Shown here piece by piece: positions 11,601-21,700 of a DNA stretch of 64,000 nucleotides. Position 1 is the stretch's first letter. Every line of letters starts with the position of its first letter. The notes beneath the pieces are model-generated. The model had not been told where the DNA came from, searched no databases, and saw only the letters and a program-made list of their open reading frames with translations. The translations under genes and the position numbers were made by a program. The stretch is from Deltaproteobacteria bacterium (lineage in GTDB: Bacteria > Desulfobacterota > Desulfobacteria > Desulfobacterales > G020354645): contig CP070652.1 in assembly GCA_020354645.1 (NCBI GenBank), positions 292,818 through 356,817 of the forward strand. The letters are read 5' to 3'.

Positions 11601-12196
11601 CAAATTGGGAGGTTGATGTTGAATTAAGGGATGGGTTAAAGAATGGAATTGAGGTTGTTCACTCCAGAGCCAAAGCCATCTTGAGTGAAACCCTATCTCA
11701 TCCGCCAAAATTCAATTTACCCGCTGAATTAAAAAGCAACAAATACCCTCGGAGCGTGGTAGAAGTATATGATAAGATACTATTTCACGGAATCGATCTT
11801 CGTGGTATTAAGGAGATAATCAGCTTCTCATATCACGGTATGATTGCCCGGATTTGTTCAGCCCCATCCCCGTCAGCGTGGATCAAGGATCCGCTTAGAA
11901 GCCAGTGGATCGGCGACCCCTTAGCTCTCGATTCAGCCTTTCAGATGGCCACCATCTGGTGCTATGAAAAAATGGGATCAGTTTCACTGCCTAGCTACAT
12001 GGCCGCTTATCGACAATATCGCACGAAATTTCCCACCGGAGGAGTAACGGCAGTGCTGGAAGTTCAGGAAGCCAGTGAGCATAAGATGGCAGGCAATATC
12101 ACCTTCCTTGATCAAAATGACATTGTTGTGGCGCAATTACATGGGTACGAGGCCATTGCGGACCCATCTCTTTTTAAGGCCTTTAAACCCGATTAA
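5693..12196 (+). CDS. pfaA: PfaA-like multidomain PUFA/polyketide synthase subunit: KS-AT-ACP-ACP-KR-DH
   Basis: 2167 aa. KS motif VDAACASS (Cys codon 6335-6337). AT motif GHSFGE (Ser codon 7742-7744). Two ACPs with LGIDSIKRVE (Ser codons 9233-9235 and 9566-9568). KR Rossmann motif VVVTGGARGIA (about 10459). PKS-type DH motif HILGGKPVVP (His codon 11411-11413). Confidence 0.92.
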   Translation: MKPHIKTTGNHPPLAIIGMGCFFPKAAGLKEYWRLIAQAQDGITEVPETHWSADDYYHPDSKTPDHVYCKRGGFISPVMFDPAEFGIPPNTLEATDTSQILGLMAAKSALADAGYGDGSGRSFNRSRTSVILGVTGTQELVIPLSSRLGFPKWRRALEAANVPVEKADEVVERISKSYVPWQENSFPGLLGNVVAGKICNRLDLGGTNCVVDAACASSMSAIHLAVLELCSGISDMVITGGVDTLNDIFMHMCFSKTQTLSASGDAKPFSKYADGTVLGEGIGIIVIKRLSDAKKDDDRIYAVIRALGSSSDGKSQSIYAPRVEGQAKALRAAYENSGIHTSTVELIEAHGTGTRVGDRVEFKALCRVFDRQSRNGHKCALGSVKSMIGHTKAAAGAAGLIKTALSLYHKILPPTLKVEEPDSKLNVNESPFYLNTVTRPWLTKGKHPRRAGVRAFGFGGSNFHMVLEEYQQVKTEVSWDGSAEIVALSASSEKSLADRLAEFITQTEKGVPKTQLSLQAAKSRRSFSYRDACRLLFVLDQQMIESGEFVDLFSGALMNLQMDHQRNPLNLKHTFYGGPENPGNLALLFPGQGSQYVGMGRDLVCYFPEAMRVLDNANKAFGKIGLLSEYIYPPPSQTKEEEKNQAETLAKTEIAQPAIGSISLAMLKILQRFGVRSDATCGHSFGEFTALHAAGWFDEKTLMQLSITRGRLMAAVVGNHNQHKGSMLAVFAPLDEIQKIIQDYSLNVTFANKNSPFQGVVSGHTDAVSTAEEVFRQKGFNTVVLPVSAAFHSSLVNDAREPLLAALKKVPFKPSRIPVYSNSTGTPYPLAVDKVVELLGNHLLQPVDFVSDIENLYQSGIRTFVEVGPKSTLTGLVTAILDGRQFNAISMDQSTGRRFGLVDLAMTLCNLAALGYAVELDNWETPLADMKKPLLSIPITGTNYWNPKAEITSQKLTNHNDPEETGMVGTPSDFPKPMDLADDFVSQTSSYSEEMNSMKKSKEKRQRLEVAAALKTVREVLKSIQALQIKTAETHQKFLEAQMEASRTLQMMMQSTQRLAEKSPGFSVTGDDLEGVQEKIRKISGGLKNAFSDIKDSLPCAAVSPESVISEESTADDTPINCEAPETGPCAYKAPLPIEKSNSDHQALKTLVLDLVSELTGYPIEMLDLDMDIEADLGIDSIKRVEIFSTLEEKIPGLPPLSPDMLSRLKTLGQIITYISDASKRKQENQPTAPSTVESSSFSYETGQTGDAAILREKLLDILLLTVSQLTGYPIEMLGLEMDIESDLGIDSIKRVEIFSTLEEKIPNLPNISPDVLVSLKTLGQITDYLIGTIPNGDSARSNIKRSTSKSENFLNIEDTLTQELSETGSVSARVERYVISATEKPHRKRSTITIPADRKVLIIDDQNGLSTAIADEFKQRNIDSVVIPSDVLTRKEKLPETGGLIYIQKSELLVQPSDLKKAFLLAQFVAPQLIDSAGCGGAIFATITRLDGAFGFKGTGFDNPLQGALAGMVKTAATEWVGISCCAIDVAPDWSKNREIARTLVRELVEPSGDVEIGIDQNKRVVLELEAAPFAQDQKIKIDLHPTDVVVVTGGARGIAAHAICTLANHTKANFVLIGRSPHPTSEPLWLENLTDEARMKKAILENQFKDKKASPIQPEEAYKKYTANREIAANLSRLKASASNVSYFSADVRDPQAIRSVLKKVQKDHGPIKAIIHAAGVLNDRLIVDKTPEQFEKVFDTKVKGLNALLETTKRENLKYLVLFSSITARIGNPGQVDYAMANEALNKIAQQASQNRPNCKVVSINWGPWEGGMVTPMLRREFKRKGIRLIPLDEGAKCMLYEMSAKNNSPAEVVIGSSRISPAKAPIKEIQNAALGYHQSDDKDFLITFKREIDVDRYPILDSHILGGKPVVPFALMTEWFGHSALHNNPGLTLCGLEDMRILNGIKVDQEGRVVRLLAGKARKRKSNWEVDVELRDGLKNGIEVVHSRAKAILSETLSHPPKFNLPAELKSNKYPRSVVEVYDKILFHGIDLRGIKEIISFSYHGMIARICSAPSPSAWIKDPLRSQWIGDPLALDSAFQMATIWCYEKMGSVSLPSYMAAYRQYRTKFPTGGVTAVLEVQEASEHKMAGNITFLDQNDIVVAQLHGYEAIADPSLFKAFKPD
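9140..9690 (+). repeat. Tandem ACP-domain duplication inside pfaA (period 333 nt / 111 aa)
   Basis: TGYPIEML.L.MDIE.DLGIDSIKRVEIFSTLEEKIP.LP..SPD.L..LKTLGQI occurs twice. The nucleotide blocks at about 9170-9282 and 9503-9613 are nearly identical. Confidence 0.9.
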
Positions 12197-12226
12197 ATTA
12201 TAGCGGACGGTACAAAAATATTACGA

Positions 12227-12997
12227 TCAAAGGTTAAACTTACGGGAAAACTCATCGATGATGATTACAAATTCCTCCGGTAGCCTTTTTCTCACATTGG
12301 CAATAATATTAGCGGAAACTTTTTTATAAAACGCTTGAGCAATTCCACCGGTAATACATCCAATGGTATCACTGTCACCGCCGAGAGAGATACCTTTTCG
12401 GATCGCATCTTCATAATCTTCCGACTCCAGAAAGGCGATAATTGCTTCTGGAACCGTGCCCTGGCAAGATATATCAAAACGGTACAACGGTCTGATATCA
12501 TCAAGTTTTCGTTTAAGATCATATTTAAACCGATCGCTAATTTCCGTCTGTATATCACGTTTGGTGTATCCGGTTCGGGCCAGATAGATCGCCAAGGCTG
12601 TAGCTTGAGCGCCTTTGATCCCTTCCGGGTGATTGTGGGTTACGGCCGCGCTTTTTTCCGCTTCAGTTAAAACCTCATCTTTAGAATCAAAGGCAAAGCC
12701 TACCGGACTAACCCTCATGGCAGCCCCATTCCCCCAGCTTTTGTAAGGTTTGCTTTGTGCCGACTGCAGCCAGTGAAAAAATGAGAGGCCGTATCCGGCA
12801 AAGGGATATTTTTGTCCGAACAATTTTAATGAAAAACCATAATCGGTGTTATTCAGAATTGAATAGGCGACAGCAACGGTTAGAACGGTGTCGTCGGTAA
12901 ATCGCGAATGGGATCTAAAAAGTGGAAAAATGGTGGTTTTGATGGGATTCTGCTCAAAAACCGAGCCAATGATATCCCCGGCAACGGCGCCAATCAT
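12227..12997 (-). CDS. ADP-ribosylglycohydrolase family protein (DraG/ARH-like)
   Basis: Motifs GAVAGDIIGS, FTDDTVLT, GNGAAMRVSP, HNHPEG and GGDSDTIGCITGG are typical of the ARH fold. The likely start is the internal ATG (MIGAVAG) at 12997 rather than 13009. Confidence 0.8.
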   Translation of the reverse strand: MIGAVAGDIIGSVFEQNPIKTTIFPLFRSHSRFTDDTVLTVAVAYSILNNTDYGFSLKLFGQKYPFAGYGLSFFHWLQSAQSKPYKSWGNGAAMRVSPVGFAFDSKDEVLTEAEKSAAVTHNHPEGIKGAQATALAIYLARTGYTKRDIQTEISDRFKYDLKRKLDDIRPLYRFDISCQGTVPEAIIAFLESEDYEDAIRKGISLGGDSDTIGCITGGIAQAFYKKVSANIIANVRKRLPEEFVIIIDEFSRKFNL

Positions 12998-13279
12998 TGT
13001 TAACTCCACTGGGTTTCGAAAACAATAGACTTAACCCGTGTAGAGTTTCAATTAAATAATCTTGATTTTTAAAAATAATAATGCTTAATAAGCAAAATTT
13101 CATCTTTTTTCTTGATCTTATTTTAGAATTTACTCTATGATAAACATAGTTGATTATGCCCCTGCAGGGAAAAGGATTGATGTCGCTTTGCAGGAAAGGT
13201 TCCTTGGCTAGGGCGTCAGTATCTATCAGTTGGGGTGATCGTGGGGTGATCGTTAACAGTTGGCGAAAGGAGTTAGGTT

Positions 13280-13480
13280 TTGGCAAATGGCACAGTAAAA
13301 TGGTTTAGCAACAAAAAGGGCTATGGTTTTATTGAGAAGGAAGAAGGCGGGGATTTATTTGTTCACTACACTGCCATTAGCATGCCGGGATATAAAACCC
13401 TCGCTCAGGGTGACCGGGTGACATTTGAAATCGAAGAGAGCGAACGAGGACCTGCTGCCAAGAACGTCGAAAAGATTTAA
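13280..13480 (+). CDS. Cold-shock protein, CspA family
   Basis: 66 aa. GTVKWFSNKKGYGFI (RNP1) and DLFVHYTAI (RNP2). AAGGAG Shine-Dalgarno 7 nt upstream of the TTG start. Long 5' leader, as is usual for csp genes. Confidence 0.9.
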   Translation: MANGTVKWFSNKKGYGFIEKEEGGDLFVHYTAISMPGYKTLAQGDRVTFEIEESERGPAAKNVEKI

Positions 13481-13500
13481 CCGTTTGCATTGCAAAGCAA

Positions 13501-13544
13501 AAGGGGCATCTCAATTTTCCAACTGAGTATGCCCCTTTTATTTT
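13501..13544. terminator. Rho-independent terminator after csp (may also serve the convergent gspC-like gene)
   Basis: AAGGGGCAT (13501-13509) pairs with ATGCCCCTT (13529-13537), followed by TTATTTT. Confidence 0.7.
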
Positions 13545-13602
13545 AAGCGTTTTAATCCATCACTTGGTTTTGAAATTTGGCCAGTAAAATTTCAATCTTA
13601 AA

Positions 13603-14454
13603 TCATTTAATATTATAATCAATTATTCTCGACCGGCCTCTTCGTTTTAACTCAAGGGTCACATTATCTGCCGATCGTAAACTTTCATAAAACTTCAAGG
13701 CGTCGTCAACAGATTGAAGTGAAGACCCATTCACGCCGGTAATGATATCCCCGTTTCTCAAGCCCATTCGCAAAAAGATGGATCTGGGTTTAATACGGGT
13801 AAGTAAAAGCCCATCTGGTTTTCCATCCCTAAAGTGAGGTCGAATATTGACCTGGGTCAGTAAATTGTTAACATCTTCAAGGGCGTTTTCGATTTGAGCG
13901 CGTCTCAAAGTAATCCTTTGAGGACGTGTAGATCGTGTCATCTGGGCCGGTTGCAACGCTGACATAGTCTTGGCGGTGCTTCGAACCTTTTCAATCTCAA
14001 GAACTTCATCTTTCCCATCAACATTGAGAACAACCTTTTCTCTTAATACCATCTTGACAATGGCATTTTGAATCGTATCGCCCACGCGGTAGAGGTTTTG
14101 TTTTCTGGTTTTTGATTCTTCAATTACAGCATACGTTTGCTCTTGCAGACCCGTTACGGTTCCCCATAATTTGAGGTTTAAACTTGTTTGCTTTAGGGCG
14201 TCAATATTAATGGTGCCGGGTTTAATATCAGTCGTGGCGTTGGTTTTGAACAGATCGCGATCAATGATGGTGTTGTAATGTGACAACGGGGGACGATTTT
14301 CTTTTACAGGAGCAGATACTTTGACACGGTCAGCAAGGTTGGGATGGTCCGGGTCAAGCCTCATCGCCGTTATTTTGTAAAAGGTATTTACGCTAAAATA
14401 AACGACGGCGCCAATTAAAAGTAAGTTTAGTATAGTAAAATATCGCTTTAACAT
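13603..14454 (-). CDS. gspC: Type II secretion system protein C-like (N-terminal TM, HR domain, C-terminal PDZ)
   Basis: 283 aa. N-terminal TM helix ILNLLLIGAVVYF. HR-like segment LKLWGTVTG...YAVIEE...LYRVGDTIQNAIVKMVLREKVVLNVDG. PDZ-like C-terminus GLRNGDIITGVNGSSLQSVDDALKF. Confidence 0.6.
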   Translation of the reverse strand: MLKRYFTILNLLLIGAVVYFSVNTFYKITAMRLDPDHPNLADRVKVSAPVKENRPPLSHYNTIIDRDLFKTNATTDIKPGTINIDALKQTSLNLKLWGTVTGLQEQTYAVIEESKTRKQNLYRVGDTIQNAIVKMVLREKVVLNVDGKDEVLEIEKVRSTAKTMSALQPAQMTRSTRPQRITLRRAQIENALEDVNNLLTQVNIRPHFRDGKPDGLLLTRIKPRSIFLRMGLRNGDIITGVNGSSLQSVDDALKFYESLRSADNVTLELKRRGRSRIIDYNIK

Positions 14455-14544
14455 GGTTTCTTATTCAAAATATTTTTAGCAAATACATAGTTTTCTTGAT
14501 TTTTTTTCATTCAAACGGACTGTAGCTAAAAATTATACCGAAAA

Positions 14545-15414
14545 CTAATGAAAATTAAAAGCCGGATTTTCGATTGGCCCCTTAATCGAAATTGAAACAT
14601 CTCCGATTTTTGATTTTATATCATTAAATATTGACGCTTGCAAATCGCCACTCAGATGCTTGAAAAATAAATGGTGAGGATTTAATATGCCCGACAATTC
14701 TATGATGCTCTTATTAAACGGATCTTTCAAGACCCCAAAACCGGACACCGTCCCGTCTACCTGGTTTCCTTTGAAATTGCAGTGTTCTATATCTATTCTG
14801 TAGTTACGGATATTTAAGACAGCTTCAATTTGTTTAAATGTTAAGCGATCCTTTATTGACAGGGGTTTTAGTGGTTGCAACTCACAGTTCAGTATCTCGA
14901 CACTTGCTCGGATTGGGTTGTCAATCTCTTGAGCGTTTTTGTAAATTATATCTGCCCTTAAAACACCAGATAGCTTAAATGCAGTTAGGTTCCTAACCGC
15001 AGGTATATCTGCCAACTGCATCCCGAAAATTTTAGCTTTGATATCGAACTGCCGGTCATCATTTTTGGCAATAATTTCCGCCCTACCGTTCAGGATACCC
15101 CCATGGGCCTTTAAGTTAAACCGGATTGTCCATTTGGGGCCAAAAAAGGATGCCAATCTTGGAACAACTCTGATTTCCTCAGCATCAAGCACTAAAGCAT
15201 CCAAGTATTCCAGGCTAATTGTATCAAAACGCAATCCTGGTGGAAATGTTGGAAATACACGACCGATTGAAACTTTCAGATTTGGATTAAATTGGCCGGC
15301 TTTAAATATAATATACCTTTCTACGAATTCAGAAGGGAAAAGGTAATAAACGAGAAAAATCAGCACAGCCATAATAAAGACAGCGTATGCAAACCATTTT
15401 TTGATGTCAGACAT
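14545..15414 (-). CDS. gspN: Type II secretion system protein N-like (single N-terminal TM)
   Basis: 289 aa. N-terminal TM helix AYAVFIMAVLIFLVYYLF. The size and beta-rich body are consistent with GspN, and it sits directly upstream of the gspC-like gene. The assignment is weaker than for gspC. Confidence 0.4.
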   Translation of the reverse strand: MSDIKKWFAYAVFIMAVLIFLVYYLFPSEFVERYIIFKAGQFNPNLKVSIGRVFPTFPPGLRFDTISLEYLDALVLDAEEIRVVPRLASFFGPKWTIRFNLKAHGGILNGRAEIIAKNDDRQFDIKAKIFGMQLADIPAVRNLTAFKLSGVLRADIIYKNAQEIDNPIRASVEILNCELQPLKPLSIKDRLTFKQIEAVLNIRNYRIDIEHCNFKGNQVDGTVSGFGVLKDPFNKSIIELSGILNPHHLFFKHLSGDLQASIFNDIKSKIGDVSISIKGPIENPAFNFH

Positions 15415-15545
15415 GGCTCAAAGTACCCTTCCCTTTTGAGAACTTATGTTCACTTATCTTACCATTCAGTTAAGACCAATGCAAATAAACCGAAAAACCG
15501 GTTAAAATGAATTGAAGTTTATAGTAAAATCACTGGTTGAATTTG

Positions 15546-15576
15546 TTGACATCTCATCCAGCATGTTCAGTATACA
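15546..15576 (+). promoter_or_regulatory. Candidate promoter for pfaC
   Basis: TTGACA (15546-15551) followed by AGTATA/TATACA at 17-19 nt spacing, within a 321-nt AT-rich intergenic region. Confidence 0.25.
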
Positions 15577-15735
15577 ATTAGTATAAACTATTCGAACCAC
15601 CAACCCAATATAACCATTTAATCCGAATAGACACTTGCCATATACGCTATATTCGGATATAAAGCCAGTTTTTGCAAGCTTCTTTCAAGCAGCAGACTAT
15701 GCGACTATCACTGGATAACATTGTATAAACCATAA

Positions 15736-18700
15736 ATGGCGATAAAAAAAGCGACACCAATCGCGGTCGTGGGAATGGCCGGGCTTTTTCCCGGGGCAAC
15801 GGATCTTGACGTCTTTTGGCATAATATTATCAACAAAGTCGATACCACCCGGCCGGTGCCCAAAAAAAGATGGATCGTTGACCCGGATACCATGTATCAA
15901 TCGGAGACCTCACCGGACAAAGCCGTTTCGACCCGCGCCTGCCTGATTGAAAACTTTCGGTTTAATCCCGAAGAAATCGCTATCGATCATGACCTTTTAG
16001 AATCACTTGACCCCTTATACCATATGGTTCTCCACACCGGCAGAACCGCAATTAGCAATCTGGTCAATCGATCCTTCAACAAAGAACGCACCGGTGTCAT
16101 TCTTGCAGCCATCGCCCTGCCAACGGATACATCTTCAGCTCTCACAAGAAAAATATTTGAAAACAGCTTTTCCGAAAAATTGTTTGACCGGTCTGCATTT
16201 GAAGCACCGACAAAGAACCAAAGCCTTGCCAGCAGAGTCACCAGCCTGCCTGCAGCTCTGCTCGCCAAAGGGCTGGGTCTCGGCGGGGGGAGTTACACTT
16301 TGGACGCCGCCTGCGCATCCTCGCTCTATGCAGTCAAGCTTGCTTGTGACGAGCTTGCTTCATACCGTACCGACACGATGCTGGCGGGGGGAGTCTCGAG
16401 ACCGGATTGCCTTTACACTCAGGTTGGATTCAGCCAGCTTCGCGCCTTATCTCCAACCGGCTGCTGTGCCCCGTTTGACGAGAGCGCAGATGGTCTGGTG
16501 GTCGGTGAGGGCGCAGGTGTCGTTGTACTGAAGCGGCTTGAAGATGCTTTAAAGCATGATGACCCCATACAGGGTATCATCAGCGGCAGCGGAATTTCGA
16601 ACGATCTGAGAGGCAACCTTCTGGCGCCCGACAGTGAGGGACAGCTGCGAGCCATGCGCTGTGCATATGAATCCGCCGGATGGTCGCCGCTTGAGGTCGA
16701 TCTCATCGAGTGTCACGGCGCCGGTACACCGGTCGGGGATAACACGGAACTGTTGAGCCTAAGAAAATTATGGGGCTCCTCAGGTTGGCAACCGGGGCAA
16801 TGTGCCATCGGTTCGGTTAAATCGATGATTGGTCATTTGCTAACCGCCGCGGGTGCTGCCGGTATGATAAAAACACTTCTGGCATTAAAATATAAAATTT
16901 TACCGCCTTCGCTTCATTTTAAAAAAGCGCCCGAAAACAGTCCGTTGAACAATGGCCCGTTTCGCGTTCAAACGACCGCCGAAGAGTGGACCAAAGAAAA
17001 TGATTCAGAACCGAGACGGGCAGCGGTCAGTGCTTTTGGATTCGGCGGAATCAATGCGCATTTGCTTTTAGAAGAGTGGCATCCAGAAACTTCTGATTTT
17101 GTTCATGTCGCGCCCGTTACGAAAAGTGATTTTTCTGAGTGCCCACAATTGAAAGAAAAAATCGACTCAATCGAAACGTCCGGAACCGACCAGGCAATCG
17201 TTGCCCAAGACCCCTCCCCCGCAGCTATTGTGGGCATGGAAGCATTTTTCGGTTCGATTCGGAATTTAAGAGAATTTCAGGAAGTCATATTACAGGGTAA
17301 ATCCATTATCGGTAAACGGCCGAAATACCGGTGGAAGGGTTGTGACGCTTACATGGAAAAGAGTTGCCTCGGCATGGAATCCCTGCACGGTGGATTCATT
17401 TCCGAGCTGTCGATTGATATTTCCGATTTTCATATACCGCCCAACGAGATCAAGGATATACTCCCCCCGCATCTTTTGATGCTCAAAGTTGCAATTCAAG
17501 CCATGCGGGACGCAGGCCTTGCGTTAAGGAAAGACCGTCCGCGAATGGGGGCCGTCATCGGTATTGATTTCGATATGGAAGCAACCAACTTCCAGTTGCG
17601 GTGGAATCTTCCAAATTGGGTACAGGCATGGAAGAAGAATTACGACTTTGATGGTGACCATCCCTACTTAAATGACTGGTTGGAATCATTCAGGGATTCC
17701 ATGGGACCGCCACTTACCGCCACGCGGACCCGGGGTGCGCTTGGCAGTATGGTAGCCAGTCGAATTGCCAGGGAATTGCGTCTGGGTGGGCCCAGTTTTG
17801 TGGTCTCGGGAGAGGAAGCTTCAGGTCTAAGGGCACTTGAAATCGGCTTGCGGTCATTGCAACAGTATGAAACAGACGCCTTTCTGGTGGGTGCGGTGGA
17901 CCTCTGTTGTGATCTGCGTACGATTATTACGTCAGCCAAAATAAAATCCTTTTCCAAACAAGGAATAATCCGACCTTTCGACCGATCAGCTGATGGAATC
18001 CTCCCCGGAGAAGGAGCTGCAGCCCTGGTTTTGAAAAGACTTGACCAAGCGGTTGCTGACGGAGATCGCATTTATGCGGTGGTAAAAGGAATCGGCAACG
18101 CAAGTGGTGGAGGTATTGACGCCAGCACACCTACAATGAATGCTTACATGGCAGCGTTACGGCTCTCTTGTCAAGACGCCAATGTTTCACCAACTGCCAT
18201 CAGTTACTGCGAAACCCACGGCAGCGGAGAACCCCTGAAGGATAATATCGAATCAGAAGCATTGCTCACCTTTGTTAACGACCGAAATGAGTCCCGTGCA
18301 ATCGGTTCATTAAAACCGAACATTGGCCATACGGGCGCAACCGCCGGTCTGGCCGAACTTGTTAAAACCGCCATATGTCTTTATCAGGAAATAATCCCAC
18401 CGTTGATGAACTTTAAGACGCCGACGACAGCCGTCTGGCATCAGCAAACCTTTCACATCCCAACTTTACCGCAATACTGGCTGCGAGACCGAAAAAAAGG
18501 CCCCCGCCGAGCGACTGTTGCAGCCATCACATCGGACGGTAATTGCGCCTCTGTCGTCCTCGAAGGCTTTGAAGACGCCCCAGCTGAAAAGATGCTCGAA
18601 AAGATTTCAAAAGAAAGAAAGCAGCCTTTGGGATGTAATCCCGTTGGCCTTTTTGTCGTTGAAGGAGAGCGTCGAGCTGATCTCATGGCAGGGCTCGACC

Positions 18701-21700
18701 GACTGCACCAGCATGCAAATAAATACAAGAAAAAAAATAAACCTGTCGAGATGGCTGCCCGTCACTGGTTTCAATTAAATCCACAACAACCGGAAAAACC
18801 GCATGCAGTTTCACTGCTCGCCGCTGACTACCGCCAGCTCAAAAACTGGATCGAAGAGGCACAATATGCCATTCGCACAAATACTTCAAAAACTATGATC
18901 GCCGCCGGAGGTGTCAGTTATTGCCCGTCAGCCATTGGCTCAGTCGGAGAAACAGCTTTCGTCTATCCGGGTTCCGGTAATCATTATATTGGCATGGGCA
19001 CAAACATCGGGGTGCAGTGGCCAGAGATCCTTCGAGAAATGGATGCAACCACATCGCAACTGAAATCTCAAATGCGGCCGCAAGCTTATGTTCCCCATCG
19101 TGTCAGCTGGGAAGCTGGATGGGAACAAACGGCCTATAATTCTTTGATTTCCGACCCACTGAATATGATACTCGGGCCGGTGGTGCATGGCGAAGTTGTT
19201 ACCCATCTGGTGATGAAATTCGACATTAAACCCCACGCGATTATCGGTTACAGCCTTGGAGAATCTACCGGTCTATTTGCTATGGGTGCTTGGCCGGACC
19301 GGCATGAAATGCTGCAGAGAATACTTGGCAGCGAGCTCTTCACATCCGAACTGGCAGGCCCCTGCAAAGCAGCCCGCAAGGCCTGGAACATACCACCGGA
19401 TGAAGATTTCAATTGGTGCGTTACCGCCGTCAATCGCCCTGCGAGCGTAGTCAGAGAAGTGATCGACCGGTGGCCGACGACGCGGCTTCTAATTGTTAAC
19501 ACCCCGGAGGAATGCGTTATTGGCGGCAGAAAAGCAGAACTTGAAACTGCCATAAAAAAGTTGGATTGCGAAGCACTTTTTCTCGACGGTGTTGTCACGG
19601 TGCATTGCGATGCCTTGAAACCGGTTGCAGCCGCATACCGTGATTTACATTTTTTTCCAGTAGATCCTCCAAAGGGCATCAGATTTTACAGTTGTGCATC
19701 AGGGAGTTCTTACTCCCTCACGAGTGAAAACGCTGCTGCGTCCATTCTTCAACAGGCCCTTTCAGGCTTTGATTTTACAACTACTGTCGAACAAGCATAT
19801 CAGGACGGAATACGCGTTTTTCTAGAAATGGGACCCTCGGCTTCCTGTACCAGGATGATCAAACGAATACTGGATAATAGACCCCATCTCGCCATTTCAG
19901 CCTGTGTTCGCGGAGAAGATGATTATCTTACGATCCTTAAATTTATCGCCACTTTGATCTCTTGGCGGTTGCCGGCAAATTTGGGAAAACTTTACGGGAT
20001 GGAATCGTTTGCGATGAAATTTCCCGATACCCAGGAGAACAATGCAAAATCGCAAATTCGAATTGTTATTGGGGGCAAAATGCCGTCTCTGACTCTCCCG
20101 CCGCGTGCTAAAAAGGCTCCACCTGCAACCGTCAACTCTCAAAGCACGATTGCGAGCATTGTTACGTCAGACTCAACTTTACCACCGCAGATTAGTGATG
20201 CAATGGCAATCAGCTCGGCCTCCAAAATGTTGGACCGATTTAATAAATGTATTGAAATAACTGCTGAAGCCCATAAAACCTTTCTGGATTTTTCAAATGA
20301 GGTTGGCCAAGCCTATGCCAAGATATTGGCCTTGCAAAACCGACTTCTCGAAAATACGCCACAAACCGGCAAAACAAACAATTCACCCGCCGATTCTGGC
20401 CCACTGTCTTCAGCCCCGATCTTCAACCGTGATCAATGCCTGGAGTTCGCCAAAGGTGCCGCTGCCAATGTGCTTGGCCCCGACTTTGCAAGTGTGGACA
20501 CTTACAAAGTAAGAGTCCGTCTACCGGATGAACCGCTAATGCTGGTAGACCGGATTCTATCAGTCGAAGGCGAACAGAGATCTCTGGGATCGGGTCGCAT
20601 TGTCACCGAACACGACGTGCTGGCCGATGCATGGTATCTGGATGGCGGCAGAGTTCCTGGGTGCATATCGATTGAAGCGGGACAAGCCGATCTTTTTCTT
20701 TGTGCTTATCTGGGAATCGATCTTGCTGTTAAGGGTTTAAGAAGGTACAGACTCCTGGATGCAAGTGTCGTATTTCATCGCGGGTTGCCGCGTCCGGGAG
20801 ATGTCATCCGGTATGAAATAGAGATTGAAAAATTTATCCGGCAAGGGGATACTTACCTGTTTTTATTTAGTTTTGAAGGTTTTATCGGTAATTCCCGGCT
20901 TATAAGTATGTTTAATGGTTGTGCCGGCTTTTTTACAGAAGATGAAATTCGGAACTCAGGCGGCATAATTGAGGCCGAGGAGGATTCAAAGCTTTTAAAA
21001 GGTAAAATACCGGATGATTGGGTGGAGCTGGTTCCAATAGCAGTGGAGAGCTTTGATGACGAAGGTCTGGATGCATTGCGTGACGGAAACTTAGAGAAAT
21101 GTTTTGGTGAATTATTCAAGGGCGTCCAACTGGCTGAATCGCTTAGACTCCCTGGTGGACCGATGAAACTGATCGATCGTATACAAATCATTAACCCTCA
21201 GGCCGGGCCCTTTGGCTTGGGCATGATCCGGGCCGAAGCCGATATTCATCCGGATGATTGGTTTTTAACCTGCCATTTCATGGATGACATGGTTATGCCC
21301 GGAACACTGATGTACGAATGCTGCGCCCATAGCCTCCGGGTTTTCATCCAACGGCTGGGATGGATTACCGAAAAACCGGGAGTATCTTATGAGCCGGTAA
21401 CTGGGGTCAAAAGTGTTCTCAAGTGCCGCGGGCCGGTAACGCCCGATACAAAAAAGGTTGTCTACGAAGTTGAAATAAAAGAACTCGGCTATGGACCGGA
21501 ACCTTATGTAATTGCGGACGCTCACATGTATGCTGATGGAAACTATATTGTTCGATTTAAAGACATGTCTCTTAAAATGAGCGGAATAAATCGCCGGCAG
21601 ATTGAAACCTTTTGGCGGAAAAAGCACGGCAGCCAGAGTACACAGAAACAACGGGATAAAAAAAATGTGGTCTTTGACCGAGATAAAATAGTGGAATTCG

